From: an uncultured archaeon
GTDB taxonomy: Archaea; Asgardarchaeota; Thorarchaeia; Thorarchaeales; Thorarchaeaceae
Assembly (NCBI GenBank): GCA_964354495.1
Contig: CAYHAA010000010.1
Span: forward strand, 1-32,000
Direction of reading: 5' to 3'
Length of the DNA: 32,000 nt
Within the stretch, counting starts at the first letter, position 1; each line of letters opens with the position of its first letter. Under the pieces are notes generated by a model. The model was not told where the DNA came from and made no database searches. It was given only the letters and a program-made list of their open reading frames with translations. A program made the translations under genes and the position numbers. Of the stretch, positions 26,560-32,000 are shown one piece after another.

Positions 26560-29500
26560 ATGTCGAAAGAGACCGAATCAAGCCCTATTCTATCCGGGGT
26601 ATTCAAAGTACTGGTTGCCTTGGTTCTCGCCATGATCCCGGGGATAGGACTGTTCATTCTTCTCCTCCTGATACCATGGATTTCAGTTGATTGGATTGGA
26701 CTAACACTCCTTCTCTCTGGCATTGTATTCGTTGTTGGAGCAGGCATCCTTCTGGAGAGCAGAAATGTCCGCCTATGGCTCTATTCGATCATGTGTGGAT
26801 TTCTTATCGGATTTGGCAGCATCATCCTGGCGACTCTATGGATCCTCACTACCATTCCCGTTCCACTCTTCGGTAATGCCTTCTATGCAACGATCATTAT
26901 AGCGGCTTCGGCAGGACTTCTCATCCTTTGGTACTTGCCGACAGGCAGGAATTCTCCGCAACAGGGACTAGTCTCAGTGTCATCAAAGTCTATCGCGGTT
27001 CAGCGACTCTCTCTTGGAGGAGCGCTCTTCCAGAAGAGAGATGCTAGAGTAGTGGCTATTGAACTCAAGGAGATACCTCATGAGTATGCCTTCGTGGAAG
27101 ATGCAAAAAGAAATCCCAAGGACATCATTGAGCGCTTTCATACGATCATCAGGGCTCTTGCCACAGTTCCATTCGCCTTGCGCTTTGAACGGGCTAATCG
27201 CAATACACGTGTGCTGTTTCTCACATGGTCGTGTGACCAGACGCAACTTGAGCATCAAAGCATTATGCTCTACGATGCCCTAAGCTACAACCTGCCGAAT
27301 TTCAAGTTCGCTCAGCCTGATTCATTCGAAGGGCTAGTTCCGAGCGAGAGCACCAAAGGGGCTTCAGCGTTCATTACCGGTGTTCCCCTATCAATCAAAG
27401 ATGAAAGGCAGGTCAGCGAACCTCTGGAGGCCATGATAGGTGTTCTACAGGACCTTGAGAATGGTGTTCTCCAAGTCTTTGTCGAACCTGCTTCTCTGAG
27501 CAAGTCGAAACTCAAATCCTTGGAGGCACAGTATCGGCGAGAAGTGGAAAAATCTGAAACGACAGTCTCTCGGGACAAGTCAGGCTGGATCGTCGGGCCT
27601 CACCAGGAATCTAAGACCACTGTGAATCCAGAGGCAATGATGAAGTCTGCGATTCTCGAACGTCAAATCAAGCGCTTGTCGAATCCGCATCTGTACAAGA
27701 CGACTGTGGTTGGAGTTTCGTGGAATACTGATGTCGCAACAGCTGATAGAGATGCACGACGACTCGCTGGTGCTCTAGCTGGATCTCTTCGACCAGACAA
27801 TGATCACGATGATTTCAGGATCCGGTACAGAACAAAGGGAAGAGAGATTGAGAGCCTATTGAGAGGGCTACCCATTGGAGAGCCATCACTACTGACAGCG
27901 GATGAAGTGACCGCATACTTCATACTGCCAAAGACAGATGTTGGAATACGTGTCACAAAACGCGAGAAGTTCTCCTCGGGAACCAGAGAGGTTCAGTCAG
28001 ATGCTCCGAAGGAGCGGAAGTTGGATGAGATAACCTCGCGGGTATCATCGAAGGTCAGGTGGAGAAGGCGTGAACCTAGACTCTACTTCGGAAATCCCAT
28101 TGACGAGAGTGGAAAAGCCCTGGCAGATGTGTTTCTGAGAACCGATGTGAAGCATCTCGATATGCATCTCGGAGTCTTCGGTAACACCCGCTCTGGAAAG
28201 TCGACCACCGTTATGAGCCTCATAGGGCAAGCCATCTCACTGGGCGTGAATCCGATAATCCTCGTCCCTTCGAAGGGATATGAGTGGCGAACGTTGCTCA
28301 ACGTCTTTCCCGATGTCAGGGTGTTCACCTGTGGAAGGAACGACATTGCAAATCTAGCCTTCAATATCTGGGCGCCGCCTCAGGGAGTCAGAATTACAAA
28401 ATGGATAGACCGCGTGGTTCAGGTCCTGACACTATGGCTGCCAAATGATGATGTGATCTCGATGCACATCGAGGACGTGATCTACACAGTCTACAAGAAC
28501 TGCGGTTGGAACCTTGACACAAATGAGAAAGGCAGACCAATCCTTCTTACCGACCTCGTCGACGCGGTAAGGCAAGTGAGCGAGCGACTTGACTACGGGA
28601 ACGAGGTGAGCGCTAACATCTATGGGGCGCTCGTTGCTAGAGTCAAGAGCATTCTCAGAAAACCCTCTCTAGTGAATATGTACAATACTCTAACGGGAAT
28701 CACTGTCAGCGAGCTGCTTGCTCACCCCACCATAATAGAGATGGATGCACTAGGCGAAAACGATAAGATTCTGCTCATGGGCATTCTCACCGCTGCCGTG
28801 TGTGAATACAAGCTAGCAAATCCGACAAAGGAGGTCTCCAATCTTCTTGTCTTGGAAGAGGCACACTATCTGCTCAGTGGCACGGATATCAGCGGGGAGG
28901 CAAACTCGGGTGTTCGACTTCAGGCTGTGAGCGCCTTCATCGAGATGCTGCGCGTGCTCGGAGGAACTGGCCTCGGTGTCATTCTCATCGACCAATCACC
29001 ATCCTCACTTGTCCCTCAGGCAGTCAAGATTCCTGTCAACATGGTAATTCATGCTCTCTCTCATGAAGATGATAGGAGGCTTGCTGGAAAACACTCCAGA
29101 TGCACTGAGTCCCAGATCGACCACATTGGAGGTATGCAGACCGGTGAGGCCGTAGTATACCTCCAGCACGAGGGAGAACCGAAGAATGTCAAGATGTTCA
29201 ATCTGGAAATGATTCTGCATGGCAATCTTCCCAGTACGACAGTAGACGACCAGAGAGTCGTAGAACACATGAGAACGATCCTTGAGAAGAATCCGCACCT
29301 CCGCCAGACTGAACCGCTTCCAGACAACATCATGGACAGATTCATCCAAGGTGATTCAAACAAGAAGAAATACCCGTCAGAGATACTTTCTCAGAAATAC
29401 AAGGAAATCCTGTCACAGGCAATAGTCAGCACTGAGTTTGGTGAGTTCTGTCGGGAATGCCTTGACAAGAAAGATGTTGGTGCACTCGTCGATCTGTTTC

Positions 29501-29646
29501 ATGCTGTTGACGACAAGTACGGTGACGGTTCTAGAATCTCGTTACTCTATGTGCTAGAGTTCACGCTGGACCATTATGGTGCGGACGACGACTTGGAGAT
29601 CTTTCATCAGGTTGCTGTCGCTATAGATGGAGAACAGGCAGCATGA
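26560..29646 (+). CDS. Membrane-anchored HerA/DUF87 (VirB4/TraD-like) P-loop ATPase
   Basis: Four N-terminal TMs; GVFGNTRSGKST Walker A; LLVLEEAH Walker B; VILIDQSPSSL. Confidence 0.85.
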   Translation: MSKETESSPILSGVFKVLVALVLAMIPGIGLFILLLLIPWISVDWIGLTLLLSGIVFVVGAGILLESRNVRLWLYSIMCGFLIGFGSIILATLWILTTIPVPLFGNAFYATIIIAASAGLLILWYLPTGRNSPQQGLVSVSSKSIAVQRLSLGGALFQKRDARVVAIELKEIPHEYAFVEDAKRNPKDIIERFHTIIRALATVPFALRFERANRNTRVLFLTWSCDQTQLEHQSIMLYDALSYNLPNFKFAQPDSFEGLVPSESTKGASAFITGVPLSIKDERQVSEPLEAMIGVLQDLENGVLQVFVEPASLSKSKLKSLEAQYRREVEKSETTVSRDKSGWIVGPHQESKTTVNPEAMMKSAILERQIKRLSNPHLYKTTVVGVSWNTDVATADRDARRLAGALAGSLRPDNDHDDFRIRYRTKGREIESLLRGLPIGEPSLLTADEVTAYFILPKTDVGIRVTKREKFSSGTREVQSDAPKERKLDEITSRVSSKVRWRRREPRLYFGNPIDESGKALADVFLRTDVKHLDMHLGVFGNTRSGKSTTVMSLIGQAISLGVNPIILVPSKGYEWRTLLNVFPDVRVFTCGRNDIANLAFNIWAPPQGVRITKWIDRVVQVLTLWLPNDDVISMHIEDVIYTVYKNCGWNLDTNEKGRPILLTDLVDAVRQVSERLDYGNEVSANIYGALVARVKSILRKPSLVNMYNTLTGITVSELLAHPTIIEMDALGENDKILLMGILTAAVCEYKLANPTKEVSNLLVLEEAHYLLSGTDISGEANSGVRLQAVSAFIEMLRVLGGTGLGVILIDQSPSSLVPQAVKIPVNMVIHALSHEDDRRLAGKHSRCTESQIDHIGGMQTGEAVVYLQHEGEPKNVKMFNLEMILHGNLPSTTVDDQRVVEHMRTILEKNPHLRQTEPLPDNIMDRFIQGDSNKKKYPSEILSQKYKEILSQAIVSTEFGEFCRECLDKKDVGALVDLFHAVDDKYGDGSRISLLYVLEFTLDHYGADDDLEIFHQVAVAIDGEQAA

Positions 29647-31499
29647 CTCGTGAAACTGGCGAGCATGTCAGACGGAGGGAACTAGCTCGTCATGGTGAAG
29701 ACACCAGTGAGTTTCACGACGAGATGAAAGAACTTGTCAGCGATGTGCGAAGAAGGTCAGCAAGCAAAGAGGAGCAGACAGGAGGAGAGAAGCCAAGCGA
29801 AAATGAGCGCCTAGAAAGTGACAGACAGTACAGTCAACAGATGCGCGAGATTGTTGATGAAGTCAAGAGGAAGCGAGAGGTCGAAAAGCCAGAACAGGCC
29901 CATGAACAGCTTCAGTCAGAGAAGAGCGAACCAAAGAAGGAAGAAGGTCAACCAAATAGAGGTCAGAAACAGAATTCAAGAGAGAAGCCAGAAACGGACA
30001 TTCACGGAAGAGAGAGAGGAAGCTACAGGCACACCGAGGAATCGAGAAGGAAAATATCTGAAGGCCTGAAGGGAAAGAAACTGAGCCCAGAGCACCGAAG
30101 GAAACTCTCTGAGGCGAATATGGGAAAGATGCACAATAGACATACTGAGGAGTCGAGAAGGAGGATCGCAGAGTCTCTGAAAGGGCATGAGGTACCAGAA
30201 GAAACACGTAAGAAAATCTCTGAGACCTTACGGGGGAGAAAACTGACTGAGGAACATAAGCGAAAGGTATCAGAGTCTCTGAAAGGCAGGAAACGGGGTC
30301 CGATGAGTGAAGAAACTAAGAAGAAGCTCTCTGAGGTCAAGACAGGTGTGAAGCTTGGACCACAATCTGAGGAATCAAGAAGAAAGAGATCTGAGGCTCA
30401 GAAGGGGAGGAAATTCACAGACGAACATCGCAGAAAGCTCTCAGAATGGCAGCGAGGTAAGAGGCTGAGTGAAGAACACAGACGGAAGATTGGGGATGGA
30501 CTAAGGGGCAAGAAGCGAGGGCCAATGAGCGAAACTCAGAAAGAGAAGATTTCGCAATCTCTCAGAGGAAGAAAAGGTCACCCCGTAAGCGAGGAAACCA
30601 AGAGGAAACTCTCAGAGCTGGGAAAGGGGAGAAAACACTCAGATGAAACAAAAAGAAAACTATCGGAAATACAAAGAGGGAGAAGGAGGAAGCCGCACAG
30701 TGAAGAAACAAGAATAAAGATATCCGAAGCAAACAAGGGAAAAAAACGGGGTCCGCCAAGTGAAGAAACTAAGAAGAAGAGATCTGAAGCTCTCAGAGGG
30801 AGGAAACTGAGTGAGGAGCATAAGAAGAAAATCAGTGAAGCGAACAAGGGGAAGATGCCATCTCCACTCTCCGACGAGGGGCGAAGGAGAATATCTGAGG
30901 CAAATAAGGGCAAGATTCTGACCGAAGAAGTCAAGCGGAAGATATCAGAAGCTCACAGAGGAAAGAAACACGGCCCACTAAGTGAGGAACACAGGAGGAA
31001 GATATCAGAGAGCAACAAGGGAGTCAGTAGACCTTCACCATCAGCAGAGCATAGGAAGAAGTTGTCTGAAGCAGGTAAACGACGACCTCCGATGTCCGAA
31101 CAAACAAGAAAAAGAATCTCGGATTCCAATAAGGGTCACAAAGTATCCCTTGAAACAAGAATGAGAATATCCCTTGCTCATGGAGGCGATGGCATCTATT
31201 ATTCTGAAGATGAAGACCTTAGGGATACACGCTACAGAAGAAAGCAATCATTAGAAGCGAAGAGAAGAGATGATTTCACCTGCCAAGAATGCGGCAGGAA
31301 ACCTGAGAATAGTATAGACGTTCAAGGCCACCACATAGTTCCTAGAAAAGAATGGTGGAGAATGGAGTATTACCCATTGGACTGGGTTGTGACACTATGT
31401 ACAGATTGCCACATTGTTAGTGATAAGCGGAAAGGAGTCATCAAATGGCCAAAGATGTCAGAAAACGCAAAGCAAACCAGAGTTGACGAGTTCAGCTAG
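29643..31499 (+). CDS. NUMOD3-repeat HNH endonuclease
   Basis: About 21 SEExRxKISExxKG repeats; C-terminal RRDDFTCQECG...GHHIVP...VVTLCTDCH HNH/McrA-type domain; ATGA-coupled to the ATPase. Confidence 0.88.
   Translation: MTRETGEHVRRRELARHGEDTSEFHDEMKELVSDVRRRSASKEEQTGGEKPSENERLESDRQYSQQMREIVDEVKRKREVEKPEQAHEQLQSEKSEPKKEEGQPNRGQKQNSREKPETDIHGRERGSYRHTEESRRKISEGLKGKKLSPEHRRKLSEANMGKMHNRHTEESRRRIAESLKGHEVPEETRKKISETLRGRKLTEEHKRKVSESLKGRKRGPMSEETKKKLSEVKTGVKLGPQSEESRRKRSEAQKGRKFTDEHRRKLSEWQRGKRLSEEHRRKIGDGLRGKKRGPMSETQKEKISQSLRGRKGHPVSEETKRKLSELGKGRKHSDETKRKLSEIQRGRRRKPHSEETRIKISEANKGKKRGPPSEETKKKRSEALRGRKLSEEHKKKISEANKGKMPSPLSDEGRRRISEANKGKILTEEVKRKISEAHRGKKHGPLSEEHRRKISESNKGVSRPSPSAEHRKKLSEAGKRRPPMSEQTRKRISDSNKGHKVSLETRMRISLAHGGDGIYYSEDEDLRDTRYRRKQSLEAKRRDDFTCQECGRKPENSIDVQGHHIVPRKEWWRMEYYPLDWVVTLCTDCHIVSDKRKGVIKWPKMSENAKQTRVDEFS
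30024..31185 (+). repeat. Tandem NUMOD3 coding repeats (17-20 codon units, about 21 copies)
   Basis: Counted manually in the translation. Confidence 0.85.
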
Positions 31500-31592
31500 G
31501 ACTGTGAATGGATTTGAAAAGGTTAAGACTGCTACTTATAGTAGTTATCATGTGGAATATATTAGGGTCGGTCAGTATATTGAATTGAGACG

Positions 31593-32000
31593 ATGAATAT
31601 GAATAAAGCAGATATTTGGGCGCTTCTTGAGCGGTTCAGAAGATCGGAATTCTACACTGTTGTTTTGAATGAAGCATATCTTGCGAGATATGCTGGAATA
31701 CATCTTGGTTCTTATGTTGAAGAGCCAGACAATGAATTCTTGGAGGATCTGCGTGACCTTTTGATTGGCGGCTCGACCATTGGGGAGAAGAAAGTGAAAT
31801 CTTTTCTTGAGAATAACTCCGCAGACAAGATAAGATCAGCTTTTGAACTCTTTTTGGCTGAAGAAATAGAGCCAATAGGATTCATTGATACCTTTCTAAA
31901 ACTGAAAAACTGCGACCTCTACTTTGCGTCACAGCTGTTGGGTTTTGCATCGGAAGGGTCCTATATCACATATCATGATTCTGTATACGATGCGATGGTT
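31593..32000 (+). CDS. Gene X family member, intact 5' end, runs off the window; possibly HhH-fold/glycosylase-like
   Basis: Open frame of 136 codons from ATG 31593 ending ...KLKNCDLYFASQLLGFASEGSYITYHDSVYDAMV, matching the R5 and R0 arms; not in the ORF track. Confidence 0.8.
   Translation, partial: MNMNKADIWALLERFRRSEFYTVVLNEAYLARYAGIHLGSYVEEPDNEFLEDLRDLLIGGSTIGEKKVKSFLENNSADKIRSAFELFLAEEIEPIGFIDTFLKLKNCDLYFASQLLGFASEGSYITYHDSVYDAMV

Noticed and set aside
2350-31612. ATGAATAAAGCAG shared by 2351, about 19097 and 31599
   Set aside because: A 13-nt match only; downstream peptides are unrelated. The first two belong to the duplicated small-TM upstream region, and the match to gene X may be chance.
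22048-31875. Many 60-250 aa track ORFs antisense to or overlapping the long genes (e.g. 25179-25922, 22048-22674, 29863-30934)
   Set aside because: Shadow frames of well-supported genes or of the repeats; no motifs.
22955-32000. IS element or prophage
   Set aside because: No transposase, terminal inverted repeats, capsid, terminase or portal features recognised.

Overview
Archaeal accessory region. The gene repertoire and style resemble Asgard/Thorarchaeota, but that is inference. It carries two NosD-like beta-helix surface proteins, a heliorhodopsin, VapBC, HEPN-MNT and HicB toxin-antitoxin genes, two SAM methyltransferases, an LVIVD propeller, an ABC exporter cassette, DinB and TPR proteins. 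The right end holds a mobile-element-like operon: DUF2695, a membrane HerA/VirB4-like ATPase, and an HNH nuclease with about 21 NUMOD3 repeats. The main unannotated structure lies at 257-22920, where 11 diverged copies plus 2 partial copies of one junction repeat separate 0.5-7 kb gene cassettes. Each repeat combines three parts: the 3' end of a gene 'X' (+ strand, ...ELHEFLWHGKETNWKF), a covarying inverted repeat GARYTGG-N9..18-CCARYTC, and the 3' end of a convergent DUF35 OB-fold gene (- strand, ...LCEPVYEWVxTMK*). The intact 5' end of an X-family gene starts at 31593. Duplicated cassettes recur with swapped neighbours, with the switch falling inside the repeat. This looks like an integron-like cassette accretion and shuffling array anchored on a gene-gene junction. 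No integrase is visible in the window, so the mechanism is unproven. All homology calls are by eye.
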